64,000 bases of DNA from Gemmatimonadota bacterium (GTDB taxonomy: Bacteria; Gemmatimonadota; Gemmatimonadetes; Longimicrobiales; RSA9). Below the pieces are notes generated by a model. It did not search any database. It was not told the DNA's origin and saw nothing but the letters and a program-made list of their open reading frames with translations. The translations under genes and the position numbers were made by a program. Location: positions 1 to 64,000 of the forward strand of contig JBBDRO010000080.1 of assembly GCA_040905425.1 (NCBI GenBank). Reading direction: 5' to 3'. This document shows positions 1-10,160 of the stretch, in pieces (the first letter of the stretch is position 1; each line of letters begins with the position of its first letter).

Positions 1-58
1 GGCGTGGAGGAGGACGTGGTGGAGGCGGACTACGAGATCGTGGACGAGGAGGAAGTAG
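1..58 (+). CDS. dnaK: 3' end of probable chaperone DnaK (partial, window edge)
   Basis: Frame 1 reads GVEEDVVEADYEIVDEE, resembling the DnaK C-terminal tail. The nearest TAG (56-58) is one base out of frame. Confidence 0.6.
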   Translation, partial: AWRRTWWRRTTRSWTRRK

Positions 59-67
59 GCCGGCAGC

Positions 68-177
68 TCACCGGGTGTGCGCCCACGCATCCGCGGGGCG
101 CCACCCGGCTCTTCATTCAAGCGACGGTCGCTCATCAGCGCGCCTCCCGGACCGGCATCGTTCGCGGGGCCGGCCGT
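68..177 (+). repeat. Dispersed ~110-bp multi-hairpin intergenic repeat, copy A
   Basis: Aligns by eye with 8115-8226: TCACCGGGTG.GCGCC...GGCGCCACCCGGCTCTTC...AAGCGACGGTCGC...GGACCGGCAT.GTTCGCGGGGC. Confidence 0.85.
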
Positions 178-337
178 GTTTGGGGGCGGGTGGGCGGGGG
201 CCCTGTAACGGCCCGGGCACGCCTCAGATCGGCCATGCCTCAACCCCCGACAACTGGACCTCGGGACCCGAGCGGCATAACATTCCGCCAGGGCAGATCT
301 GCCACCCATTCCATCCCCTTTCGAACCGAGCCCGCCC

Positions 338-3025
338 ATGTTGATGAACCCGCGATCGCTGGCGCCGGTCCTCGTGCTGCGCGCACTCACGCTGCTCGCG
401 CTCGCCTGGCCCGCCCACGCAGCGGCCCAGGACCCGCACGGCGCCACCAGCCCGGAAGCCCGGCTCGCGGCGTGGGACACCCGCGTGCGCATGGACGCCG
501 CGTCCCCTTTCCGGGGCATGGCGTGGCGGCCGGTGGGGCCGAAGCAGGCGGGGGCGCGGGTGGAAGCCATTGCCGTACCTCCGGGTGCGAACGGCACCAT
601 CTACGTAGGCGTGGGGTCGGGAAATGTCTGGAAGACAGTGAACAACGGCATCTCGTGGACCCCTATCTTCGAGCACGAATCCGCCTTCGCGGTGGGGGAC
701 ATTGCCGTGGCACCCTCGGACGCGGACGTGGTGTGGGTGGGCACCGGGGAGACGCAGCCGCGGCACAGTGGCTTCGCGTACGCGGGGACGGGCGTGTTCA
801 GGTCCACGGATGGCGGCGAGACCTGGCGGAACATGGGGCTCCATGACACGCACCACATCGGCAAGGTGCTCATCCACCCGCAGGACCCGGACGTGGTGTA
901 CGTGGCGGCCCTCGGGCACTTCTGGACGCCCAACGCCGAGCGCGGAGTCTTCAGGACGATGAACGGGGGAGAGACGTGGGAGAAGGTGCTGTTCGTGAGC
1001 GAGCGCACCGGCGTGGTGGACATGGCCATGGACCCCGCCGACCCGGACATCCTCTACGCCTGGGCGTGGCAGATGGTGGGCGGACCGGAGAGCGGGCTCT
1101 ATCGCTCCACGGACGCAGGGGAGAGCTGGACCCGGATGACCGCAGGACTCCCGTCGGGGCCGCTCGGGCGGGCCGGCGTGGACGTGGCGCCGGCCGACCC
1201 GAACGTGGTCTACGTCTACCTGGACAACCAGGCGCCCGGGGCCGGGGAGCGGGACATCGTGGGCGGTGAGGTCTACCGCTCGGATGACCGCGGCACGAGC
1301 TGGCGGCGGGTGAACCAGGACGACCTGTACGGGGCGTATTCCGTCTACGGCTGGAAGTTCGGTGACATTCGCGTTGCCCCCGCCGATCCGGACGAGATCT
1401 ATATCCTGGGCAATCGGGGCTACCGCTCCACGGACGGCGGGCGCACCTACGAGGAGTTCGGGCACGAGATCCTGCGCGTCCACGACACGCCGGGGAAGGT
1501 CCTGCACCTGGACCAGCACGAGATCTGGCTGGACCCGGCCGACCCGGGGCGGGTGCTGCTGGGCAACGACGGGGGACTCTTCCAGTCGTGGGATGGGGCG
1601 CGGAGCTGGCTGCACCTGAACAACATCCCGGCGGCCGAGTTCTACTTCGTGGCCACGGACGATGCCACGCCGTACCGTATCTTCGGGGGGACGCAGGACA
1701 ACGCGGCGCTCTACGGGCCGAGCACTACCGACCTGCGGGACACCTCGGACGACCCGTGGGAGCCCGTCTACCTGGACGGGTGGACGGGCGGGGACTCCTT
1801 CGTGACGCTGCCTGATCCCACGCAGCCGGACATCGTCTACTACGAGCATCAGCACGGCGCCATGCGCCGCATGGACCTGAAGGGCGGCTCCGTGCTGTCG
1901 GGTGGGCCCGCCACCACGGGCATCGCGCCGCGCGCGCCGCGGGGTGAGCCGGCCTGGCGCTTCGGCTGGTACACGCCCTTCCTCATCTCCCGCTTCGCGC
2001 CGACCACGCTGTACGCGGGCGGGAACCGGCTGCTGAAGTCGCTGGATCGGGGGGAGACCTGGGCGCCGGTGAGCGGCGATCTCTCCGACCCGCCCGAGGG
2101 TCAGTGGGGCGTGGTGCCCTTCGGGACCATCACCATGATCAGCGAGTCCCCCCTGCGGCAGGGCGTCCTCTATGTGGGCACCGAGGGCGGGAGCCTGTGG
2201 CGCACGGAGGACGACGGCGCCTCCTGGGCGCGGATCGGCGCGGAGCTGCCGCGAAAGTGGGTGAGTCGCGTGGCGGCTTCGCGGCATGATTCCGCCACGG
2301 TCTACGCCTCCTTCACCGGCTTCCGGGAGGACGACTTCCGCGCCTACCTGTTCGTGTCCCGGGACAAAGGCCAGAGCTGGCGCTCCATAGTCGCGGGACT
2401 GCCGGACGAGTCGATCAACGTAGTGGTGGAGGACCCGGCGCGTCCCGACGTCCTCTACGTGGGCACGGACGGGGGCGTCTTCGTGTCGCTGGATGGTGGC
2501 GGGTCCTGGCACTCCCTCTCCTCCACATTGCCCACCACCCCGGTCCACGATCTCACCGTGCAGGCCCGGGCCCGGGAGCTGGTGGCGGGCACGCACGGGC
2601 GGAGCGCCTGGATCCTGGACGTCGGCCCCCTGCAGGCACTCACCGACAGCGTCCGGGCCAGGGCCGTGCACGTATTCCCCGTCCCCGCCGTGAAGCTGGT
2701 CTACGACCCGTGGCGGGGGGAGCCCGGGGACCGCCGGCGTCGGGCCATTGTCCGCTTCTCGTACTGGCTAGGGGAGAGCGGCACCGCCACGGTCACCGTC
2801 CGCGACGAGGCGGGTGAAACCGTCCGCACCTTCCACATGGAGGGCGCGGCCGGCATCAACACGGGGATCTGGGACCTCCAGGTGGAGGCCCCGCCGGCGG
2901 CTGCCGGGGAGCCGGTCGGGCTGCGGGAGGCGCGGGCCGGGCGCTACCGGATCGAGGTGGCGGCGGAAGGAGCGCGGTCCGCGGCGGAGGTGGAAGTGCT
3001 GGCGGCCCTGCCCCTGGCGCGCTGA
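338..3025 (+). CDS. Secreted VPS10/sortilin-like BNR-repeat beta-propeller protein (glycosyl hydrolase-like)
   Basis: Signal peptide; many Asp-box repeats (STDGGETW, SDDRGTSW, SLDRGETW); C-terminal FlgD-like Ig domain. Confidence 0.85.
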   Translation: MLMNPRSLAPVLVLRALTLLALAWPAHAAAQDPHGATSPEARLAAWDTRVRMDAASPFRGMAWRPVGPKQAGARVEAIAVPPGANGTIYVGVGSGNVWKTVNNGISWTPIFEHESAFAVGDIAVAPSDADVVWVGTGETQPRHSGFAYAGTGVFRSTDGGETWRNMGLHDTHHIGKVLIHPQDPDVVYVAALGHFWTPNAERGVFRTMNGGETWEKVLFVSERTGVVDMAMDPADPDILYAWAWQMVGGPESGLYRSTDAGESWTRMTAGLPSGPLGRAGVDVAPADPNVVYVYLDNQAPGAGERDIVGGEVYRSDDRGTSWRRVNQDDLYGAYSVYGWKFGDIRVAPADPDEIYILGNRGYRSTDGGRTYEEFGHEILRVHDTPGKVLHLDQHEIWLDPADPGRVLLGNDGGLFQSWDGARSWLHLNNIPAAEFYFVATDDATPYRIFGGTQDNAALYGPSTTDLRDTSDDPWEPVYLDGWTGGDSFVTLPDPTQPDIVYYEHQHGAMRRMDLKGGSVLSGGPATTGIAPRAPRGEPAWRFGWYTPFLISRFAPTTLYAGGNRLLKSLDRGETWAPVSGDLSDPPEGQWGVVPFGTITMISESPLRQGVLYVGTEGGSLWRTEDDGASWARIGAELPRKWVSRVAASRHDSATVYASFTGFREDDFRAYLFVSRDKGQSWRSIVAGLPDESINVVVEDPARPDVLYVGTDGGVFVSLDGGGSWHSLSSTLPTTPVHDLTVQARARELVAGTHGRSAWILDVGPLQALTDSVRARAVHVFPVPAVKLVYDPWRGEPGDRRRRAIVRFSYWLGESGTATVTVRDEAGETVRTFHMEGAAGINTGIWDLQVEAPPAAAGEPVGLREARAGRYRIEVAAEGARSAAEVEVLAALPLAR

Positions 3026-3061
3026 CTCCGCGCGGAGCGGCGGAGGCCGGCCGGGCCCGCC

Positions 3062-3094
3062 TCACCGGGTGCGCGCCCTCGCCTCAGGCTTGGC
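3062..3094 (+). repeat. Truncated 5' part of the dispersed repeat, copy D
   Basis: TCACCGGGTGCGCGCCCTCGCCTCAGGCTTGGC matches the start of copy B. Confidence 0.6.
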
Positions 3095-3220
3095 ATGAGG
3101 GGGATCTGCTGGTGCCTTGCACCTGGTGCTCTCGCCGGCCTACCTTGGCGGAGCGGCAGGAAGGGCGATTGGCCTTCCTATCCCTCGCTTCTAGCTCACC
3201 TCACCTTCTCCCCGGCCGAA

Positions 3221-5512
3221 ATGACCCGACCCTATCGCTGCGCCGTAGCGCGCTCGCGCCCGCAGTCCGCGCTGCTCCTGCCGCTTCTGGCCTTTACTCT
3301 GGCGGCCCTCCCGGCCGTGCCGCTCAGCGCGTCTCTGGCGGCCCAGGAGCCGGTCGTGGTGCCGCGCCTGACGGGCCAGATCGAGCTGGACGGGCGCGTC
3401 GTGGAAGCGGCCTGGGAAGCCGTGCCCGTGCTGCCGGCCACCATGCAGCTCCCCACGTTCCGCGGCGAGCCGACGGAGCGGACCGAGTTCCGGGTGGCCC
3501 ACGATGACGACTTCATCTACTTCTCCTGCCGCGCGTTCGACTCCGACCCGTCCGGCATCCGCACACCCACGCTCCAGCGGGATGACGGGTCGTTCACGAA
3601 CGACTGGTGCGTGCTCAATCTGGACACGTTCCACGACCGCGAGACCGCGCTGGTATTCGGTACCACGCCTGCGGGGATCCGGACGGAAGCGGTGTTCGCG
3701 AACGATGGCGCCTCCGCTCCGAACTTCAATTGGAACACGTTCTGGGACGCCGCGGCCAGCCGCGACGAACGCGGCTGGTACGCGGAGATCCGGGTCCCGC
3801 TCTCGAGCCTCCGGTTCCAGGAGGGACACGACGGCCGGGTGACTATGGGGCTGGCCGTGTGGCGGCTCATCGCCCGGAAGAACGAGTTTCACACCTTCCC
3901 GGCCATCCCACCCACCTGGGGGCTGCTGAGCGTGGCCAAGGCCAGCCAGTTCCAGGATGTGGCCTTCCAGGGGATCGAGCCTACCCGGCCGCTCTACGTC
4001 ACGCCCTACGCGCTGGCCGGCACGGGTCGCTCCTACGGACTGGACAGCGCGGGCACGGGGTACGATCCGGTGCGCGATCAGGTCCAGGACGTGGGGCTCG
4101 ACCTGAAGTACAGCCTTGCGTCCAACCTCACGATGGACGTGACCATCAACACGGACTTCGCGCAGGTCGAGGCCGATGACCAGCAGGTCAACCTCACCCG
4201 GTTCTCACTGTTCTTCCCGGAGAAGCGGCTCTTCTTCCAGGAGCGCGCATCGATCTTCGACTTCTCGCTGGGCGGCCAGGAGCGGCTGTTCCACTCCCGC
4301 CGGGTGGGGATCGTGGATGGCGAGCAGGTCCCGATCCACGCCGGCGTCCGCATGGTGGGTCGCGTGGGCGGCTGGGATCTGGGCGTGCTGGACATGCAAA
4401 CGGCGGAAACCGCGCTCGCGCCCTCCGAGAACCTGGGCGTGGTCCGCGTCCGCCGGCGGGTCCTGAACGAGAACTCCTACGTCGGCGGGATCCTGACCAG
4501 CCGCATCGCGGAGGCGGGCCTGGGCACGAACGTGGTCTACGGTGCCGACGCGCTCCTCCGGCTCTTCGGGCAGGACTACCTCACCCTGGCCTGGAGCCAG
4601 TCCTTCGATGACGACCACACCGCCGACCCGCCCACCCCGGTCCGGCCGCTCGAGCGGGGCATGGCCCGCCTGTTCTGGGAACGGCGCGGCGTGGACGGCC
4701 TGACCTACGGGCTGGAGGTCGCGCGGGCGGGCCAGGCGTTCGACCCGCGCCTGGGTTTCCTGCGGCGCCGTGACTTCACCCGCAGCGTCGGGTCGCTGTC
4801 CTACGGCTGGCGGCCGGGCGAGGCGTCGCCATGGCTGACGTACGGCCCGTCGCTGGATGCGGCCGTATTCACCCGCAACGACAACGGTGGGATCGAGACG
4901 ATCTCGCTCACGCCCCAGTGGTCGGCCGAGTTGAAGTCCGGGCATGTGCTGACGGCCACGGCAGAGCTGTTGCACGAGGACCTGGAGTCCGGATTCAGCC
5001 TGTCGGATGACGCGGAGATCCCGGCGGGCGAGCACCGGTTCGCTGTGGGGCGCCTGAACTACCAGTGGCCGCGGGGCGACCTGTTCCGGATCAACGGCAG
5101 CGTCGAAGCCGGTGGGTTCTACGACGGCCGTGTCTTGGCGGCATCGGTCACGCCCACCTGGAACGCCTCCCGGCACCTGGAACTGGGCGGTTCGTACAGC
5201 GTGAGCGCCATCACGCTGCCGGAGCGGGACCAGCGCTTTGCCGCCCACATCGCGCGGTTGCGCAGTGAAGTGATGTTCAGCAGCCGCATCTCCCTGGCCG
5301 CGTTCGTCCAGTACTCCAGCACGGCCGCCCGGGGCACCGCGAACCTGCGCTTCCGCTACAACCCCAGCGAGGGCCACGACCTGTTCGTGGTCTGGAACGA
5401 GGGCGTGCTGACGGACCGCTTCGCCACCACACCCGTCCCCCCGCTGAGCGAACGCCGGACCCTGATGATCAAGTATTCCCGCACGCTGACGATCGGGCTG
5501 GGCGGGGGCTGA
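3221..5512 (+). CDS. Secreted CBM9-like / DUF5916 protein with probable C-terminal beta-barrel
   Basis: Signal peptide; LDG...W, NTDFAQVEAD...NLTRFSLFFPEKRLFFQE family motifs; start codon uncertain. Confidence 0.8.
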   Translation: MTRPYRCAVARSRPQSALLLPLLAFTLAALPAVPLSASLAAQEPVVVPRLTGQIELDGRVVEAAWEAVPVLPATMQLPTFRGEPTERTEFRVAHDDDFIYFSCRAFDSDPSGIRTPTLQRDDGSFTNDWCVLNLDTFHDRETALVFGTTPAGIRTEAVFANDGASAPNFNWNTFWDAAASRDERGWYAEIRVPLSSLRFQEGHDGRVTMGLAVWRLIARKNEFHTFPAIPPTWGLLSVAKASQFQDVAFQGIEPTRPLYVTPYALAGTGRSYGLDSAGTGYDPVRDQVQDVGLDLKYSLASNLTMDVTINTDFAQVEADDQQVNLTRFSLFFPEKRLFFQERASIFDFSLGGQERLFHSRRVGIVDGEQVPIHAGVRMVGRVGGWDLGVLDMQTAETALAPSENLGVVRVRRRVLNENSYVGGILTSRIAEAGLGTNVVYGADALLRLFGQDYLTLAWSQSFDDDHTADPPTPVRPLERGMARLFWERRGVDGLTYGLEVARAGQAFDPRLGFLRRRDFTRSVGSLSYGWRPGEASPWLTYGPSLDAAVFTRNDNGGIETISLTPQWSAELKSGHVLTATAELLHEDLESGFSLSDDAEIPAGEHRFAVGRLNYQWPRGDLFRINGSVEAGGFYDGRVLAASVTPTWNASRHLELGGSYSVSAITLPERDQRFAAHIARLRSEVMFSSRISLAAFVQYSSTAARGTANLRFRYNPSEGHDLFVVWNEGVLTDRFATTPVPPLSERRTLMIKYSRTLTIGLGGG

Positions 5513-5698
5513 GGATCAACAACAGGGCGCGCCCAGGTCCGGGGGCGGCCTCCCGACCGCATCCCAACAGGACCGGCCAACGGGTTCCTTGCCCGGGAAC
5601 CTCCTTCCGATCTACTTTTGCTCAGCGACAAAACGTAGTGAAGTTCCTATCCCTGGCACAGATTGGGCACTCCCGTCCTCCTGCCGGAGTCCAGCGAC

Positions 5699-8038
5699 AT
5701 GTCCGAGCCCACTTCCCTCTGGGAGCGCGCGAAGCGCGCCCGCGTGATCCAGGTGTTGGCCGTCTATCTCGGTGCCTCCTGGGTGGTCCTGCAGATCGCG
5801 GATACGCTCTCCAGCGCGCTCACGCTCCCCGGCTGGGTAATGCCCGTAGCCGTCATTCTCCTCCTGGTGGGACTGGTGGTCATCCTGTCCACCGCCTGGG
5901 TGCAGTCGCTCCCGACCACCACGGCTCGGGAGCAGGCCGGCGAACTCCCGACGGACTGGCAGATCGCCCCCCTCGACGCGATCGCGAGTATGCGCAGGGG
6001 GCGCATCCCGCACCTCACCTGGGGGCGCAGCGTGGCCGCTGGCGCGGTGGCCATCTCCCTCCTCATCGGCGGGGCGGGGATGTACGTGGGGTTCACCGGC
6101 CGGCCGCTGCCCATGGGTCCTTCCCAGGCCAGTGCCACCGAAGCGGACGAGGGGATCGCCGTCGTCCCCTTCGACGTACGCGGCCCCGCGGAACTGGACA
6201 TGTGGCGCGAGGGGATGATGGACCTCCTCACCAATGGACTGGACGGCGTGGGCGGATTCCGCACCATTGACGCCCGCACCGTGATGGCGCGTTGGAACGA
6301 GCTGGCGGGGGAGCAGGGCACGACCGACCTGGACGCTACACTGCGTGTGGCCCGTGCCACAGGTGCCCTGTACGCCCTGGAGGGAAGCGTGGTGGGGCTG
6401 GGGGAGAACGTACGGCTGGTCGCCAATGTCTACGACCTGGAAACCGGGGCGGAGGTGGCCACCGGGCAGGCGGAGGGCCCGGCGGCGGACGTCCTCCGGC
6501 TCGTGGACGAACTGGCCGTGCAGACCATGCGGAGCCTGCTCGGCTCCGCGGGACGTGCCGGCTCCGGCGACATCTCCGCCGAGACCATGACCACCACGTC
6601 CCTGCCGGCCCTGCGCGCCTTTCTGCAGGGGGAATCGCATTACCGTCGAGGCGACTTCGCGGAAGCCATTCAGAGCTACGAGCGCGCCGTGGCCGCGGAC
6701 ACCACGTTTGCCATTGCTCTGGTGCGGCTCTCCGAGGCCTACGGCTGGCTGGAAAGCGCGGGCAGCGACCGCATGATCGAAGTCGGTGAGCGGGCCGTGG
6801 CGCAGGCGCACCGGCTGTCCCCGCGCTACCAGTTCATCATGGAAGGGTGGGACGCCCTGAACCATGGCACGGCCGACGGCCTCGCGTCCCTCCGGGAAGC
6901 GGTGCGGAAGTATCCGGATGACCCCGAGGCATGGTTCCTCCTGGCCGAGACGTACATTCACGTGCCCGGACCCACGTACCGCTCACAGGAGGACATCAAG
7001 GAGGCGCTGGACCATGCCACGGGCCTGGACCCCAGTTTCGCACCCTACCTGGTCCACGTGGCCGAAAACGCCGTGATCCGCGGGGACAGAGCGGCGGCGG
7101 AAGCGGCGCTGGCGCGCTACGAAAGGCTGGCGGGCAACCGGGACGCCCTCGGCCACATCGAGTTCGCCATCCCCCTGCTCCTGGGCAGCCAGGAGGAGGT
7201 CGACGCCGCGCTGGCCAGTGCCCCAAACCGGGCCGAACGCAGCCTGGATCTCTACCTGGGCACGTTCGGCCGCAGCCATGACCACTTCGCCCGGGAAGCG
7301 GCCGTGGACGCTGTCCTGGGCAGGCTGACGGAGCGCAACCGGGACCACTTTCAGGCCTACTATGCCGGCAGCATGGGACAGGTGGAGCGCGGTGGCGAGA
7401 TCGCGACGCGTCCCTCCGTGAACGCCGTCAACCGGGCCGTCTACTGGGCGCACGCCAACGAACTGTGGAACGTCACACCGCCGGCAGGGGAGATGGACCC
7501 TGCGGCGTGTGACACGCCCGTGTTCAGCGATTTCTGCCATGTCTTCGTGGGTGTGGCCAATGCGCGGCTCGGGCGCTGGTCGGCGCATGCGGTGTCACTC
7601 CGCCGCCTCCGGGAAGAGGTGGCAGCCGCCCCGGATTCAGCGCGTGCCGGGCACCTCGAAGTTGATCTGGCGGTGGTGGAAGGATCGGGCGTCTGGCGGC
7701 GCGGCGGCATCGACGCCGGTCGCCGCATTCTGCAGGCGCCTGCCCACCTGGCCGGGACGAGCGGCGAGCGGGCCCGCCTCGAACTGGCCTGGCTGGAGGT
7801 GGCGGCGGGGCGGCCCGACCAAGCGAGCCGGTATTTCCGCTCCGCGCTAGAAGGATTCGCCAGGCCGGTGGCACTCTACGGCACGGCAAGCATGCACGAG
7901 CAGATGGGTCAGCCGGCGCTGGCCCGTCCATACTGGGACAGCCTCCTGACCCTCACCGAGGACGCCGACGACCTGGCCCGCCTCACGGAGGCGCGGGAGG
8001 CGCTGGCGCGGGGCGCGGGCGAAGCTGTGGGCCGGTAG
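5699..8038 (+). CDS. Membrane-anchored TolB-N-like / TPR protein
   Basis: N-terminal TM helices (LWERAKRARVIQVLAVY...), IAVVPF domain, helical TPR-like repeats. Confidence 0.75.
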   Translation: MSEPTSLWERAKRARVIQVLAVYLGASWVVLQIADTLSSALTLPGWVMPVAVILLLVGLVVILSTAWVQSLPTTTAREQAGELPTDWQIAPLDAIASMRRGRIPHLTWGRSVAAGAVAISLLIGGAGMYVGFTGRPLPMGPSQASATEADEGIAVVPFDVRGPAELDMWREGMMDLLTNGLDGVGGFRTIDARTVMARWNELAGEQGTTDLDATLRVARATGALYALEGSVVGLGENVRLVANVYDLETGAEVATGQAEGPAADVLRLVDELAVQTMRSLLGSAGRAGSGDISAETMTTTSLPALRAFLQGESHYRRGDFAEAIQSYERAVAADTTFAIALVRLSEAYGWLESAGSDRMIEVGERAVAQAHRLSPRYQFIMEGWDALNHGTADGLASLREAVRKYPDDPEAWFLLAETYIHVPGPTYRSQEDIKEALDHATGLDPSFAPYLVHVAENAVIRGDRAAAEAALARYERLAGNRDALGHIEFAIPLLLGSQEEVDAALASAPNRAERSLDLYLGTFGRSHDHFAREAAVDAVLGRLTERNRDHFQAYYAGSMGQVERGGEIATRPSVNAVNRAVYWAHANELWNVTPPAGEMDPAACDTPVFSDFCHVFVGVANARLGRWSAHAVSLRRLREEVAAAPDSARAGHLEVDLAVVEGSGVWRRGGIDAGRRILQAPAHLAGTSGERARLELAWLEVAAGRPDQASRYFRSALEGFARPVALYGTASMHEQMGQPALARPYWDSLLTLTEDADDLARLTEAREALARGAGEAVGR

Positions 8039-8114
8039 CGCTGGGCGGTCACGTCGCTTACTGACCGTCGTTGACAGGTGGCCATGGAAGCCTGTGCATC
8101 CATAGATTGGGGCA

Positions 8115-8226
8115 TCACCGGGTGCGCGCCCCCGCCCTCGGCGTGGCGCCACCCGGCTCTTCCTGTAAGCGACGGTCGCATCTCAGCGCGCCCCGCGGAC
8201 CGGCATGGTTCGCGGGGCGCGGCCGT
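8115..8226 (+). repeat. Dispersed multi-hairpin repeat, copy B (most regular stems)
   Basis: Stems CCGGGTGCGCGCC/GGCGCCACCCGG, GCGAC/GTCGC and CGCGCCCCGCGGACC/GGTTCGCGGGGCGCG. Confidence 0.85.
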
Positions 8227-8301
8227 TCCACTTGCGGCGCAACACAGGGCTCCCCATGGTTGGGCCGCCCGCACGGAGAACGCCCTCGAAGAACCACTGC
8301 A

Positions 8302-9564
8302 ATGACCTATCACACCCGCTCCCCGACTCCCAGGCTCGGCCGCGCCGTACGACGTGCCCTCCTGCCGGTGGCCGGACTGCTCGCCGCCGCGGCAGCCGCC
8401 TGCGGCGATGACGCCACCCCCGAGGCCGCGGTGGCCGTCCGCGACAGTGCCGGCGTCACCATCGTGGAGAACCCGGGCGACGTGTGGGCCGCGCCGCCCG
8501 CGTGGACGCTGGCGGCCGAACCGCGGCTGCAGCTCGGGGTGGCGGACGGGGAGGAGCCCTACCTCTTCGATGGCATCCGCTCCCTCGTGCCGCTGTCGGA
8601 CGGCCGTTTCGTGGTGGCCAACTCCGGCGACGCCACACTCCGCTGGTACGACGCCACCGGCACATTCCTCTTCCAGCGGGGCGGCCACGGCGGCGGGCCC
8701 GGCGAATTCAATCGCCTGGGGAACGCTTCTCCGCTGGGCGGGGACAGCATCGTGGCCGTGGACTGGTCCGCGCGGCGCATGACCACCTTCGGGCCCGACG
8801 GTGGGCTGGACCGGGTGGCCTCGTTGGCGGGGCTGCCGGGCCCACCGGGCACTGTATACCGCCTTCCCGACGGTTCCCTGATCACCGGCGTGAGCGGCTT
8901 CAGCAGCACGCAACTGGGAGAGCGTCCGGAGGACGGCATCGTCCGCATCGAGGAACCGCTCCTCCGCCTCTCCGCCGATGGCAGCCGCGCCGACACCCTT
9001 GGCATGTTTCCGGGCATGGAGGTGGACGTCCAGGTGAGCAGCGAGAGGCTGCTCTTCGGCCCCGCCCGGTTCGGGCGCAGCATGAACTACTCCGTACACG
9101 GCAACGATGTCTGGGTGGGCACCGAGGAGGCGTTCGTGATCGACGCCTACGGCCCCGACGGCGTGCACCGCCGCTCCGTGCGAGCACCGGCCATCGACGT
9201 CAGGGTGGACGACGCCTTCCGGGAAGCGTACTTCGACTTTCAGCGCGGTCGCATGGCGGAGCTGCCGGAGGACCGCCGTCAGGAACTGGAGCGCGCGCTC
9301 GCCGAGACGGAATTCCCCGCCGCCCGGCCCGCCTACTCCTCCGTCCTCACCGACGCCCGGGGCAACCTGTGGGTGGGGGAGTACCGTATCGATCTCCAGC
9401 CGCCGGAGCGCTGGTTGATCTTCGAGCCCGAGGGGCGGCTCCTGGGCACGCTCACCCTCCCGCCGGGCGTGCGGATCCTGGCCGTGGCGGATGACACGCT
9501 CTGGGGCCGGGCCACCGGTGACCTGGGCGTGGAGCAGGTCGTGGCCTACACCCTCGAGCGGTAG
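8302..9564 (+). CDS. 6-bladed beta-propeller lipoprotein
   Basis: Lipobox AAAC; VRDSAGVTIVEN; GGHGGGPGEF NHL-like motif; DARGNLWV. Confidence 0.8.
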   Translation: MTYHTRSPTPRLGRAVRRALLPVAGLLAAAAAACGDDATPEAAVAVRDSAGVTIVENPGDVWAAPPAWTLAAEPRLQLGVADGEEPYLFDGIRSLVPLSDGRFVVANSGDATLRWYDATGTFLFQRGGHGGGPGEFNRLGNASPLGGDSIVAVDWSARRMTTFGPDGGLDRVASLAGLPGPPGTVYRLPDGSLITGVSGFSSTQLGERPEDGIVRIEEPLLRLSADGSRADTLGMFPGMEVDVQVSSERLLFGPARFGRSMNYSVHGNDVWVGTEEAFVIDAYGPDGVHRRSVRAPAIDVRVDDAFREAYFDFQRGRMAELPEDRRQELERALAETEFPAARPAYSSVLTDARGNLWVGEYRIDLQPPERWLIFEPEGRLLGTLTLPPGVRILAVADDTLWGRATGDLGVEQVVAYTLER

Positions 9565-10037
9565 TGGGCATGCTCACGCCAGGCACCGCTGGCCACCAGT
9601 GCGGCGACCAGGATCAGTGAGATCAGTCCGTGGGTGGCCACGATAGCCAGCGCCCCGGCGTGCGTCCCGCCACCATGGCCCTCCCCCAGGTGGATGAACG
9701 TTGCGCCCAGGAAGAAGACGGCCCAGGTCACCGTGGGGGCCACCAGGTAGGGCCCGCGGTAGCGCGGCGATAGCACCGCCGACAGCGCCATCCCCAGGTA
9801 CGCCCAACCGAAGAACACCGCGATCGGGTTGTCAGGCGGGAAGCCGAACGCCTCCGCTGTCTCGTGCGGGTGCACCAGCAGCATCCCCGCCACCACCAGC
9901 ATCGGGATCCCGCAGTAGCCGACCAGCGTCCACAGCAGCACCAGCACGCCGACCCGCTCCCGCGTCCGGGGGCCACCCCGCAGCGCCACGTGCGCCGCCG
10001 CGCCCGCCAGCACCACGGCCAGGATGATCAGGAACAC
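9546..10037 (-). CDS. Multi-pass membrane protein (DUF6790-like)
   Basis: GTG start with GGAGG RBS; about 5 hydrophobic segments; divergent from a TetR gene. Confidence 0.65.
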   Translation of the reverse strand: MFLIILAVVLAGAAAHVALRGGPRTRERVGVLVLLWTLVGYCGIPMLVVAGMLLVHPHETAEAFGFPPDNPIAVFFGWAYLGMALSAVLSPRYRGPYLVAPTVTWAVFFLGATFIHLGEGHGGGTHAGALAIVATHGLISLILVAALVASGAWREHAHYRSRV

Positions 10038-10060
10038 ACCGCCTCCCTCGTTTCGGGACA

Positions 10061-10150
10061 CTTGTTCAGCAATGGACTGGCATGCAATACTGCCCAGCGA
10101 CAAGGCGGTGTCAACGAGCAATCCGGCGCATCCGTCCGGTACTGAACAAG
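10061..10150. promoter_or_regulatory. Pair of inverted 17-bp sites, putative TetR operators
   Basis: CTTGTTCAGCAATGGAC (10061-10077) vs reverse complement of 10134-10150, CTTGTTCAGTACCGGAC: 14/17 identical. Confidence 0.6.
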
Positions 10151-10160
10151 GGGGCGATCC

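Noticed and set aside
5654..5668. Sigma-54 -24/-12 promoter TGGCAC...GGGC
   Set aside because: The -12 element deviates from TTGC; too weak in GC-rich DNA
8197..8215. GGACCGGCATGGTTC resembles the start of the HDV ribozyme
   Set aside because: The remaining nested pseudoknot elements are not evident; the segment pairs as a simple hairpin
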